In this document: positions 1 to 8,234 of the stretch, piece after piece
How the letters are laid out: each line of letters starts with the position of its first letter
Position numbering within the stretch: the stretch's first letter is position 1
Virus record (IMG/VR): IMGVR_UViG_3300021375_002698
Origin: a virus
Direction: 5' to 3' (one strand)
Length of the DNA: 64,000 nt
Position numbers and translations under genes: made by a program
Notes under the pieces: model-generated
The model's input: the letters and a program-made list of their open reading frames with translations, nothing else
Told to the model about the DNA's origin: nothing
The model's database searches: none

Positions 1-157
1 TCAAGAAGTAGAAGCTGGTTCACAAGCTGGTCAAGAAGTAGAAGCTGGTTCACAAGCTGGTCAAGAAGTAGAAGCTGGTTCACAAGCTGGTCAAGAAGTA
101 GAAGCTGGTTCACAAGCTGGTCAAGAAGTAGAAGCTGGTTCACAAGCTGGTCAAGAA
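1..157 (+). repeat. Perfect 30-bp tandem repeat tcaagaagtagaagctggttcacaagctgg, 5 full copies plus a partial copy
   Basis: Identical units start at 1, 31, 61, 91 and 121; tcaagaa follows at 151. Confidence 0.97.
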
Positions 158-211
158 CCACCTTTGGCAGGAGAAGAAGTTATTGATGAAGAAAGTGATA
201 TGGGTGTATAG
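2..211 (+). CDS. C-terminal fragment of an acidic repeat protein, (QEVEAGSQAG)x5-QEPPLAGEEVIDEESDMGV*, truncated at the window start
   Basis: Frame from base 2 is open to TAG at 209-211; convergent with the GIY-YIG gene; not in the ORF track because the start lies upstream. Confidence 0.7.
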   Translation, partial: QEVEAGSQAGQEVEAGSQAGQEVEAGSQAGQEVEAGSQAGQEVEAGSQAGQEPPLAGEEVIDEESDMGV

Positions 212-217
212 CAAAAT

Positions 218-475
218 CTATACAATTGTATTACATTTCATATAGATAAATTTAGATTTCTTATTAAGTTTTTTAAAGTTTATCTCTTTTTTTAAAGCAT
301 CACTTCTAGTTGATGCTTTTTCTTTATAAATGTATTTACAAGGCCTACGTCCTCTTGTATATTTTGCGCCGCCTTTTATTTCACCGTTGTGCTGTTTCAA
401 TCTTCTCTCTAAGTTTGTAGTTATACCGCAATAATAAGATTTATCATCGCAGAGAACAACGTACATATACCACAT
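218..475 (-). CDS. Small stand-alone GIY-YIG nuclease (UPF0213/YhbQ, SLX1-like)
   Basis: WYMYVVLCDDKSYYCGITTNLERRLKQHN..GAKYTRGRRP and ALKKE match the UPF0213 pattern. Confidence 0.88.
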   Translation of the reverse strand: MWYMYVVLCDDKSYYCGITTNLERRLKQHNGEIKGGAKYTRGRRPCKYIYKEKASTRSDALKKEINFKKLNKKSKFIYMKCNTIV

Positions 476-483
476 TGTATGGT

Positions 484-1005
484 TTAAATCTTTTTCACCT
501 TGTAGTACTTCTCTTTATTAATATTTGGACTAAAGAATACAACTCTATTGTTTTCAACATCAATGACTTCAAATGATGTATCACCCCAATCATTATCAAC
601 TAATGCACCAAGCGTTATATTTTTTTTACTAAATTTATCATATAATTTTTTTACATCTCTAACTCTTATAGATACTGATATGTTGCCATAGTAACTTTTG
701 TTTGAATAGTTTCGCTTGTTTTTTGAAAACAACTCTATTAAGTTGCCTCCAACATCAATCATAGTACCATCACCATCAGAATGCCTCCAATATTTTACAA
801 CAGGAAACTCTAATATTTTATTATAAAATCTGACCATTTCTTCCATGTTAGAAACATATATATGAAGTCTAACTTCTCTAGAATATGCTCTCCAACTTTT
901 TCCTAAGTCAATTCCTAGCTCCTTAGCAGAATCAATTTCTTTATTAGAAGGTGATGTATTTATTTTTTTATTACTTTTTTTAGAATTTAAAGAAGATCCA
1001 AACAT
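484..1005 (-). CDS. VOC (glyoxalase/bleomycin-resistance) family protein with an N-terminal extension
   Basis: LHIYVSNMEEMVRFYNKILEF, LIELF, ISVSIRVRDVKKLY and DWGDTSFEVIDVENNRVVF follow the VOC beta-alpha-beta-beta-beta repeat pattern. Confidence 0.85.
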   Translation of the reverse strand: MFGSSLNSKKSNKKINTSPSNKEIDSAKELGIDLGKSWRAYSREVRLHIYVSNMEEMVRFYNKILEFPVVKYWRHSDGDGTMIDVGGNLIELFSKNKRNYSNKSYYGNISVSIRVRDVKKLYDKFSKKNITLGALVDNDWGDTSFEVIDVENNRVVFFSPNINKEKYYKVKKI

Positions 1006-1039
1006 TATTACACATTTCTTTCGCTATACGCTTTTTAAC

Positions 1040-2179
1040 TTAAACAAAGACTATTTTCACATTATCGAAAAATCTTTTAGCTACTTTATCTTGATTATTA
1101 AATATTTCTAATAAATAATTTTTTAAATTAACTTCAGATTCTTCTAAATTAAAGTATGATATTATTTTTGTATCTATTTCTTTCTTGTTGCTTGATACAT
1201 ATGTTACTATCTCTTCAACTAATTTTTCTACTCTATCACTGCTTTCATCCTTAATAAGCTTTGCAAATAAACTAAATTCAACATCACCTTTACCAACACC
1301 AGGTGTTAAATCGTTTACTAAACTAGTCAAATCAAAGTATGATCTATTATTTGCATTTGAATGTTTAATTTTTTTATAAAACCTGTCAAATGCTCTTACG
1401 TCTCTATCAATTACAGGATATATCTTTTTAAAAATATCAGAATTTTTTAACTCATTACCTGACATATAATCTATTTCAGAATCATTATTTTCAAATGCTC
1501 CTTCAAAAATATTATGAGCTAAGTCATGTACAGTCCAGTTTACGTTTTGTTTTACACTTCTTATATCATATTCTTGTTCTATTTCAAAGTCTTCATCAGT
1601 ATCATCAGGATACGTATTAGGATAGTCACTCTTTCTAAGTAAAAACTTATCTTCTCCTGATAAATCTTTTGCGCTTATATCATAATCTACTTCTGTATCT
1701 GGCAAATCTTTTCTAACTCTCGGTGTTTGTGATATTGATATATCATCTTCTTTAAACTGCGCAAAAGGATTAAAAACAACAAGTCTATTATCAGAAAATA
1801 TACTGCTTCCAAATCTTTCTTTATAAAGGCTAGTTCTATCGTTAACTATATCTAACTCTTCTTGATTGAAGTCACCGAATATTTCTTCTAAAAAATCTAA
1901 AATATAATTTGTTACTTCACTTTCATCACCACTCACATAGTCTTTAGATAAGCATTTCAATGCAATATCAGCACCTGATTTTGGCTTTTTATTTAAGAGC
2001 ACTGTATAGTCATCATATATCAAAATAGGTTTTTTATTGATACTTGTTGATTTAAAATAGTCTGATGTAGTTGTTACAGAGTCTTTACCACTACCATAAA
2101 ATACTTTTTCAGTTATTAAATCAATATTAAAATTTTTCCACTCTTTTAATATTAATTTCATTGCTTTGTTTTTTATCAT
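1040..2179 (-). CDS. Hypothetical protein, possibly a head-packaged internal protein; contains HDLAH
   Basis: 379-aa ORF; N-terminal MKLILKEWKNF...LITE; HDxxH motif. Confidence 0.6.
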   Translation of the reverse strand: MIKNKAMKLILKEWKNFNIDLITEKVFYGSGKDSVTTTSDYFKSTSINKKPILIYDDYTVLLNKKPKSGADIALKCLSKDYVSGDESEVTNYILDFLEEIFGDFNQEELDIVNDRTSLYKERFGSSIFSDNRLVVFNPFAQFKEDDISISQTPRVRKDLPDTEVDYDISAKDLSGEDKFLLRKSDYPNTYPDDTDEDFEIEQEYDIRSVKQNVNWTVHDLAHNIFEGAFENNDSEIDYMSGNELKNSDIFKKIYPVIDRDVRAFDRFYKKIKHSNANNRSYFDLTSLVNDLTPGVGKGDVEFSLFAKLIKDESSDRVEKLVEEIVTYVSSNKKEIDTKIISYFNLEESEVNLKNYLLEIFNNQDKVAKRFFDNVKIVFV

Positions 2180-2212
2180 TTTTGTTAACTTTCAAACTTA
2201 TTTCTATTCTAA

Positions 2213-2500
2213 TTATTTAGAAAGATCAATTAATATCTTTTTTATTTCATCCAAATCTTTAGAAATAATCTCTAGTGAAGTTTCCATTTTTGCTATTTGT
2301 ATAGATAATTCTGTATCTTTATTGTTCAAATCTGAAATTCTGTCCTCTAGAGTTACTAACTTTTCAATATTTGTATTGATTTTGTGCTGATCAGTTTTAA
2401 ATTCTGCTATAGCTGAAACTATCCATATTATTGCAGGTATTATAATTACAGTCAATACGTCTTTAGACCTTGACCATAATTGTGAATCAATTTTGCTCAT
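2213..2500 (-). CDS. Small protein with one N-terminal TM helix and a coiled coil (holin/spanin-like architecture)
   Basis: VLTVIIIPAIIWIVSAIA is hydrophobic and followed by a heptad-rich C-terminus. Confidence 0.6.
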   Translation of the reverse strand: MSKIDSQLWSRSKDVLTVIIIPAIIWIVSAIAEFKTDQHKINTNIEKLVTLEDRISDLNNKDTELSIQIAKMETSLEIISKDLDEIKKILIDLSK

Positions 2501-2711
2501 TGTTCTTCTCTACTTTTTTTTTATTTAGCAATTTTCTAACTAAAACAAGCATTTGTTTAGTATTGTCTTCAGCTTTCTTAGCTTTTTTATTTATTCTTTC
2601 TAATTGTTCAGTAATCTTCACTTCTACACTTTTATTATCATCAATTGGTTTACCGTATGCTGTACTGAATGATGTAATGTAAAAAATTAAACTAATTATA
2701 ATAAATCTCAT
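2487..2711 (-). CDS. Small secreted or membrane coiled-coil protein; likely start MRFIIISL at 2711
   Basis: Signal-peptide-like MRFIIISLIFYITSFSTAYG; AAAGG upstream of the ATG. The longer start at 2774 would overlap the upstream gene. Confidence 0.55.
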   Translation of the reverse strand: MRFIIISLIFYITSFSTAYGKPIDDNKSVEVKITEQLERINKKAKKAEDNTKQMLVLVRKLLNKKKVEKNNEQN

Positions 2712-2724
2712 TTTAAAACCCTTT

Positions 2725-3099
2725 TTAAGCTTTTGTGCTATCTTCTTTTTTAAGCTTGTAATTCTTCCAAGCAAACTTTTCCCTACTAATCAAATAAATC
2801 TTATCATGATCATTGTTATAAGCTTCTTGCTCAAATCTAATGTCTCTATACGCGTGACTAGAGAATCCTTTTTTAAGAATAATTGCGTTATACAAAAAGT
2901 CATAAAGATATATCAATAAAAACCCAATATAAAACAATTCTTTATATTGATGATAGTGTATCAATTCATGTCTTAAAGTCTTTGGAGGTATTTTATCTCT
3001 GCAAATAATAATCGGACCTAAGGTAATTGCATAAATATTGATAGGTGTAAACTTACTTAGTATCTTAGGTATTTTAGACTCTTCAAGTATAATAGGCAT
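2725..3099 (-). CDS. Small HExxH zinc-metallopeptidase-like protein (DUF4157-like)
   Basis: AITLGPII...TLRHELIHYHQ...FEQEAY. Confidence 0.75.
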   Translation of the reverse strand: MPIILEESKIPKILSKFTPINIYAITLGPIIICRDKIPPKTLRHELIHYHQYKELFYIGFLLIYLYDFLYNAIILKKGFSSHAYRDIRFEQEAYNNDHDKIYLISREKFAWKNYKLKKEDSTKA

Positions 3100-3123
3100 A
3101 ATAACTTCCTTTTATCTATTATA

Positions 3124-4518
3124 CTAATTATCATTATATACCCAAATATTACTTCCACAACCCCATACCTTGTACAATTTCATTTCAGCTGCTTTTTCTC
3201 TTTCTGTCATTTCTCCATCTGTTTTGATTATAAATCTATCAAATCTTTGAATTCCATCAGAATACCAATAATCTATTCCACTATCTCCAACCAAATCAAA
3301 ACCTACTTTTCCATACCCTAATCCTTCACCAAATCTTCTATCAGCGTAAGTCATTATTTTTTTATTGTTATAAATTCTCATATAATGTTTTAATAATTTA
3401 CTTAATCCACCTACAACAACATTGTCTAATTCACATGCAAATCTGCTTATTTCATAGTATCCTTTCCACTTTTTCTGTCTTGGCTTTCTAAATCCTATAG
3501 CTGATACTAATTCGTCATCATAATAAAGTCCTAACCTTATACTACTATTCACTGAACCGCTTATATGACATCTATTCATAAACTCATCAAAGTCTTTTTT
3601 ATTAACTTCTCTTACTTCACATTTTCTTGCCCATACTCTATTACATAACCCTATTCTATTTCTTATCATGCTCTTGCATATGTCTTCTTTAAACATCCAT
3701 TCGTCTGAAAATATGTGCATTAATTTGATGTTGACCGATTTGCATTCAATTGTTTTATTTAGCATATCACGCTTTGACGTAGAATCAACTATATCACTGT
3801 GCCAATATAAACCATTAAATTCTATTCCGAATTGATTCTGCTTCAAACAGATGTCTATTTCTCTTGGCTTTATTTGTATTCTATCACCACTAATAACATC
3901 TTCTATACCTAAACTAACAATATAATTATAAATTTCTAGTTCTCCTTTTGACTTTGTATAAGGAAAACACTTAGGACATAAAGACCCTCTTTCAAATGAT
4001 TGCAATGTCTTTTTTGATACAAAGTCACACTTTTTACACTTAAATTCTAGATATTGACGTTGTCTACTAAAATACTCTGCTAAAGGAGTTAATATTTCAA
4101 ACTCTTCGTTTCTTTCAAATATCCTATTTAATATTTCTTTTCCACCTAATCTTTTTGCAAAACTCATTTTGTTTAAAGTCTCTTCAGAATGCTTTTTATT
4201 GTAAAAGTGATTGTCTTCACCAAATCTTCTTAATATTCTTGAGTCGTCTTTATGAGTTTTACCCTTATTCCAAGCTTGCGCTTTACCACCTTTCCTACCA
4301 CCTTCTTTCATAGCAATTTTTGCACAATCTTTACAGTACTTTTTAAATTTAAATGATGAGTAATTTGTTTCTTTACCACAATTGTGACAGCCAACTCTAT
4401 TGCTATAAATATACTTTCTTGTATATTCTTTACTTTTTAAGCTGTGTTCTTTTTTTAAGTGATTGCTAAAATCTTTACCTGTACCTTCAAAATTACAGTT
4501 ATTCATTTTACACTTCAC
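3124..4518 (-). CDS. Free-standing homing-endonuclease-like protein: Zn fingers, NUMOD3, Vsr/DUF559-type nuclease and Hef-like C-terminal domain
   Basis: C2H2/CxxC motifs; WNKGK and HFYNKKHSEETLNKMS (NUMOD3); SKGELEI..EIDI..GIEFNGLYWHS; C-terminal ARKCEV..EISRFA..VVGGLSKL..TYADRR; GTG start with AGGAGG upstream. Confidence 0.8.
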   Translation of the reverse strand: MKCKMNNCNFEGTGKDFSNHLKKEHSLKSKEYTRKYIYSNRVGCHNCGKETNYSSFKFKKYCKDCAKIAMKEGGRKGGKAQAWNKGKTHKDDSRILRRFGEDNHFYNKKHSEETLNKMSFAKRLGGKEILNRIFERNEEFEILTPLAEYFSRQRQYLEFKCKKCDFVSKKTLQSFERGSLCPKCFPYTKSKGELEIYNYIVSLGIEDVISGDRIQIKPREIDICLKQNQFGIEFNGLYWHSDIVDSTSKRDMLNKTIECKSVNIKLMHIFSDEWMFKEDICKSMIRNRIGLCNRVWARKCEVREVNKKDFDEFMNRCHISGSVNSSIRLGLYYDDELVSAIGFRKPRQKKWKGYYEISRFACELDNVVVGGLSKLLKHYMRIYNNKKIMTYADRRFGEGLGYGKVGFDLVGDSGIDYWYSDGIQRFDRFIIKTDGEMTEREKAAEMKLYKVWGCGSNIWVYNDN

Positions 4519-4551
4519 GTCATGCCTCCTTTTTGTGGTGTATACATAAAT

Positions 4552-4580
4552 ATAATATGAAAATTGTTTTTTTTTTACAC
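4552..4580 (-). promoter_or_regulatory. Putative sigma70-like promoter of the endonuclease gene (GTGTAA-N17-TATTAT), overlapping an ATATTTAT motif
   Basis: Exact 17-nt spacer; lies just downstream of the capsid terminator. The AT-rich background lowers specificity. Confidence 0.45.
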
Positions 4581-4583
4581 ATT

Positions 4584-4604
4584 AAAAAACCACCTAAAAG
4601 GTGG
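4584..4604 (-). terminator. Rho-independent terminator after the major capsid gene
   Basis: Minus strand reads CCACCT-TTT-AGGTGG-TTTTTT, about 40 nt after the capsid stop codon. Confidence 0.8.
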
Positions 4605-4643
4605 CTAGTAATCCCCTAAGGAGTCAACAACTCAAACTTTATC

Positions 4644-6434
4644 TTAGATAATGTTCATGTCTAAACATGTAACTGTACCATAGAAGTCAGCACGTACCAT
4701 TTTCTTACCATAGCGAGTCATTACACCCTTACGTGGTGTGAAATCCTCAGGTTGGAAAATGGTTGGAGTTACGATGAGTGGTACATATGGAGCATAAACG
4801 AAACCAGTCTCTAAGTAAGAACCACCTTTGTAACCTACAAGGATCTTATTTCTTGGGAAGTAAGGATCTTTGTAAACAGTAAAGCGATTTGAAAGAGTTC
4901 CCATTTTCTCTGCGCCCATTGTGAAAGGAGCTCCAACTTGTCCGTCACCATCAATGCTATAACTAGGACGATATAGTACAGATGCTTCCAAAACAGTTGC
5001 TACGTCTGGAGATACTACGATAAAGTTAGCAGATCCACGCAAAGTTTTTCTATGGATTTCATTTGCAACGTCAATAACAGTCTCAGTTAAAGTCTCATAC
5101 CATTCACGAACTGTACCAGTGAAAGCTGGCCCAGGATTAAGAGTTGATGTACGAGCAATTTCAGCACCAGTTCTTTTGTTTACAAATTTACCAGGTGAAC
5201 GACTCCAGAAGAAGTTCGCACCTTGTGCACCAGTAAGAAGATCATTAAGAATCTCACGGTCAATCTCTAATGCAATTTGCTCAGAAAGAATTTGAGTTAA
5301 TTCAACCTCAGCATCCATTGAGTGGTATGCATTAAGATCTTGCGCAAGCTCAGGACTCCAACGAGCTCTTAACTTACGTGTTTGTGCAGTTACAGGAATT
5401 GACTCAATCTTGATATCAATCTCTGGGATTTTTAAATCTGCAGTTTGTAGACCTTCCATTGCTGGATCAACATCGATTTCCCCAACAGAATTTGCAATTG
5501 CAGCAGCAACGTCTGCTGTAACATATTCAACTTTAAGTTTATGAAGATTATTATTTGCATCACCTTTTGCTCTTAAAGCCTCAGTAGCGCTAGTTTTGCT
5601 TGTTTGAACTAAGAAAAGAACACGATCACCATTAACAGAATCTGCTTTGAAAGCTGCTAAAGTATCTCCAGAACCAACTTTACTAACTTTTCTTACGTTA
5701 TGTGAATCACCACCTTGAAGTTTTTGTGATGCAGCAATTGCAATAGAAATAGCAGCTGTATCATCTTCAATTAAAGCTGTCGCTGATTTGATAAGAGAAA
5801 GATCAGCATCTGTAAGAGAACCTGTAGGGCATAAAACAAACTGGAATGTACTGCCTGCAGCTGCGTCAATTACTTCTGAGTCATAATCAATTAGACTAAG
5901 GTGTGTTGCATTAGTTACATCAAGTTTAGCAGTCTCTAAAAGACTTCCTTGAGCCACGTCAAGTTCTTTATGCTCACGTGAAAAACCAGCACCTGCAAGG
6001 TCGTATTGACCACCGAGAGCATCTGCTCCACCTTGAATAGCTTTTCCTGCAGGTCCACCATAAATTGATTCTGATGTTTGATGAGGACCTTCTTCTGATC
6101 CATAAGTATAATCTAAGTAGAAAAGAAGTCCACTTGGAAGACTCATTGGTTGGATTGAAACTAGTTCGTTAGCAATAAGACCACCGAATACGCGACGAAC
6201 GATAGGGAATGCAATGTTTGAGAAACCACCAACATCACCACCATTCATTGTGCTGCTTTCACGAAGAACTTGAGCAGCTTGGTTTTCAAGCATGGTTGCC
6301 ATATTTTCGCGGTTAACATCACCCATACCACGTAAAAGGCCGGTACGAGACCATTTCTCGACCAATCTTTTGTTTTGTTGGCCAACGTGACGATCACGAA
6401 TGCCCTCAGTTAATTTTTGTAATGAAAATGTCAT
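4644..6434 (-). CDS. gp23: Major capsid protein (T4 gp23-like)
   Basis: LVEKWS..MLENQ, FPIVRRVF..IANELVSIQPMSLPSGLLFY, AQTRKLRARWSPELAQDLNAYHSMDAEVEL, EIDREI, VYAPYVPL, FTPRKGVMTRYG. Confidence 0.97.
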   Translation of the reverse strand: MTFSLQKLTEGIRDRHVGQQNKRLVEKWSRTGLLRGMGDVNRENMATMLENQAAQVLRESSTMNGGDVGGFSNIAFPIVRRVFGGLIANELVSIQPMSLPSGLLFYLDYTYGSEEGPHQTSESIYGGPAGKAIQGGADALGGQYDLAGAGFSREHKELDVAQGSLLETAKLDVTNATHLSLIDYDSEVIDAAAGSTFQFVLCPTGSLTDADLSLIKSATALIEDDTAAISIAIAASQKLQGGDSHNVRKVSKVGSGDTLAAFKADSVNGDRVLFLVQTSKTSATEALRAKGDANNNLHKLKVEYVTADVAAAIANSVGEIDVDPAMEGLQTADLKIPEIDIKIESIPVTAQTRKLRARWSPELAQDLNAYHSMDAEVELTQILSEQIALEIDREILNDLLTGAQGANFFWSRSPGKFVNKRTGAEIARTSTLNPGPAFTGTVREWYETLTETVIDVANEIHRKTLRGSANFIVVSPDVATVLEASVLYRPSYSIDGDGQVGAPFTMGAEKMGTLSNRFTVYKDPYFPRNKILVGYKGGSYLETGFVYAPYVPLIVTPTIFQPEDFTPRKGVMTRYGKKMVRADFYGTVTCLDMNII

Positions 6435-6496
6435 TTAAAAATTCCTTTTCTTTGTTTATTGTTAATAAATATTAATTAAGTTTTTAAAATAAAAAA

Positions 6497-8173
6497 TTAT
6501 TTCTTAATTCCAGCTAATGTTGCCCATCTATTTAGAGCAACGCTTTCATTAAGATTACTTGACTGCGCGCTTGAAGTAGATCTAGATGAAGAACCAATTA
6601 ATCTACGATTTGATCCCTCTGCTAAATTTCCACTCTTACGACTCTTTGAAGAACTTAAAGATGTTGTAAGACCCTCAAATAAAATTTTCGCTTCATTCAG
6701 TGTCTTTGCATTATCTAAAGATTCTACAATTTTTCTTTGTTGCTTAATAGATAAATCTCTATTTTGCATCAACTTGTTAGCATATAATAGCTTAGCGTTA
6801 AATAAGTTCATCTCACTTAGCTGGCCCTTCATTTTACGAATTGCCTTTTTATGTTGAGCAAGCTTGCTTTCAAGTATGCGATTCTTTTTCACAACTTTTC
6901 TTACTGCAGCTTCATTTTTCATTTTGTCTTGCTTGTTTAATTGAACACCTTTAACAAATACTTCGTCTTCTACAGATCCACCACCAAAATGACTTGCCAT
7001 TTCTTTAGCTTCACCTTCTCTAATGTTTCTCATTTTAGAGATTTCTCTCTTCAACATATTTTCATCAATTTCTAAGAATAACTCTCCACCACGTCTAGAA
7101 GATTCTTCCATATGCATTTCATTGTGCTCATCTTCTTCCATATGCATTTCATTGTGCTCATCTTCGTCTAATTCTTCAAGAACTTCGTCTAATTCATAAA
7201 GAGCACTTTCTTCAATGTCATCTTCTTCTGCATCATCTTCCATTTCTTCAGATTCGTCGTCTGAAAGAATTGATTCAATTTTATCAGCAATACTTCTTAA
7301 ACCGACAACATCTTCACTTGATAAATCATCTTCTTCAGCTTCTGATTCCAAACTGCTGTCTAAATCAAAGTCATCTTCTGCATCTTCTAGCTCTTCTGCA
7401 TCTTCTGCATCTTCTAGCTCTTCTGCATCTTCTGCATCTTCTAGCTCTTCTTCATCTTCTGCATCTTCTAGCTCTTCTTCATCTTCTTCGAAAAGATGCA
7501 TCTCTAAGAGATCTTCTAGACTTTCATTTAAATAGTTTTTGCTTTGTCTTCTAGACATGTTGTTTAACTCCTTAGAAATTTCTAAATATTCTTTTAATAA
7601 TTTTGTGTCAGATTTAATTATGCTGTTAGTTTTAATATTTTTAAGTTCTTGACATAAATTTTTATAAGCATCAACTATTCTAACTGCACTTTTCTTTGAA
7701 ATATTGTTATTTTCAGTTAATAATATTACTTTTTTAAGAGACTTTATTCCTTCTCTAATTTCGCTTAATTTCTTTTTTAAAGCATTTGTTCTAGCATTTT
7801 TTGTAATTAATTTTTTAAATACTTCTACAGACTCGTTATTTATTTCAATTTCATTGTTTTCATCATTCTCAAGAAAACCTTCTGACATGTCAGCATCATA
7901 AAGAGTTTTATCTATTTCTGTGTGATATTCCTCAGTAGGCTGTGGCATTTCTTGAACATGTCCTTCTTTTTTTTCCGTTTCACTTGCGTCATGTTCTTCA
8001 GAAGTACTTTCTTCTTCTTGACTTTCTACATCTTCACCTAATAATGCTTTTTCTACCATTACTTTTATTTGTGGCGACATTGATTCAATTAATTGTTGTT
8101 TTACTTTGTTTTCTGCTGCTTCTTTTATTTGTTCAGCAGCTATAATTGCTTCTTCATATAAACTATTAGACAT
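6497..8173 (-). CDS. Prohead core/scaffolding protein (gp22-like) with a long acidic linker
   Basis: Directly upstream of the capsid gene; N-terminal LYEEAI..A..IKEAA..K..LIES; C-terminal coiled coil EMNLFNAKLLYANKL; ends RWATLAGIK. Confidence 0.82.
   Translation of the reverse strand: MSNSLYEEAIIAAEQIKEAAENKVKQQLIESMSPQIKVMVEKALLGEDVESQEEESTSEEHDASETEKKEGHVQEMPQPTEEYHTEIDKTLYDADMSEGFLENDENNEIEINNESVEVFKKLITKNARTNALKKKLSEIREGIKSLKKVILLTENNNISKKSAVRIVDAYKNLCQELKNIKTNSIIKSDTKLLKEYLEISKELNNMSRRQSKNYLNESLEDLLEMHLFEEDEEELEDAEDEEELEDAEDAEELEDAEDAEELEDAEDDFDLDSSLESEAEEDDLSSEDVVGLRSIADKIESILSDDESEEMEDDAEEDDIEESALYELDEVLEELDEDEHNEMHMEEDEHNEMHMEESSRRGGELFLEIDENMLKREISKMRNIREGEAKEMASHFGGGSVEDEVFVKGVQLNKQDKMKNEAAVRKVVKKNRILESKLAQHKKAIRKMKGQLSEMNLFNAKLLYANKLMQNRDLSIKQQRKIVESLDNAKTLNEAKILFEGLTTSLSSSKSRKSGNLAEGSNRRLIGSSSRSTSSAQSSNLNESVALNRWATLAGIKK
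7104..7165 (-). repeat. 30-bp direct repeat x2 encoding EDEHNEMHME in the scaffold
   Basis: tcttccatatgcatttcattgtgctcatct is duplicated. Confidence 0.9.
7372..7487 (-). repeat. 27-bp tandem repeat (~4.3 copies) encoding EELEDAED[A/E] in the scaffold
   Basis: catcttctgcatcttctagctcttct[g/t] units; also visible in the translation. Confidence 0.9.
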
Positions 8174-8234
8174 ATATTTACTCGCATTTCATATCATTAT
8201 TAACTATATATTAATTAAAGTTTTTATTTATAAC

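Noticed and set aside
1-157. CRISPR array
   Set aside because: The 30-bp units are contiguous with no unique spacers and encode an in-frame peptide repeat.
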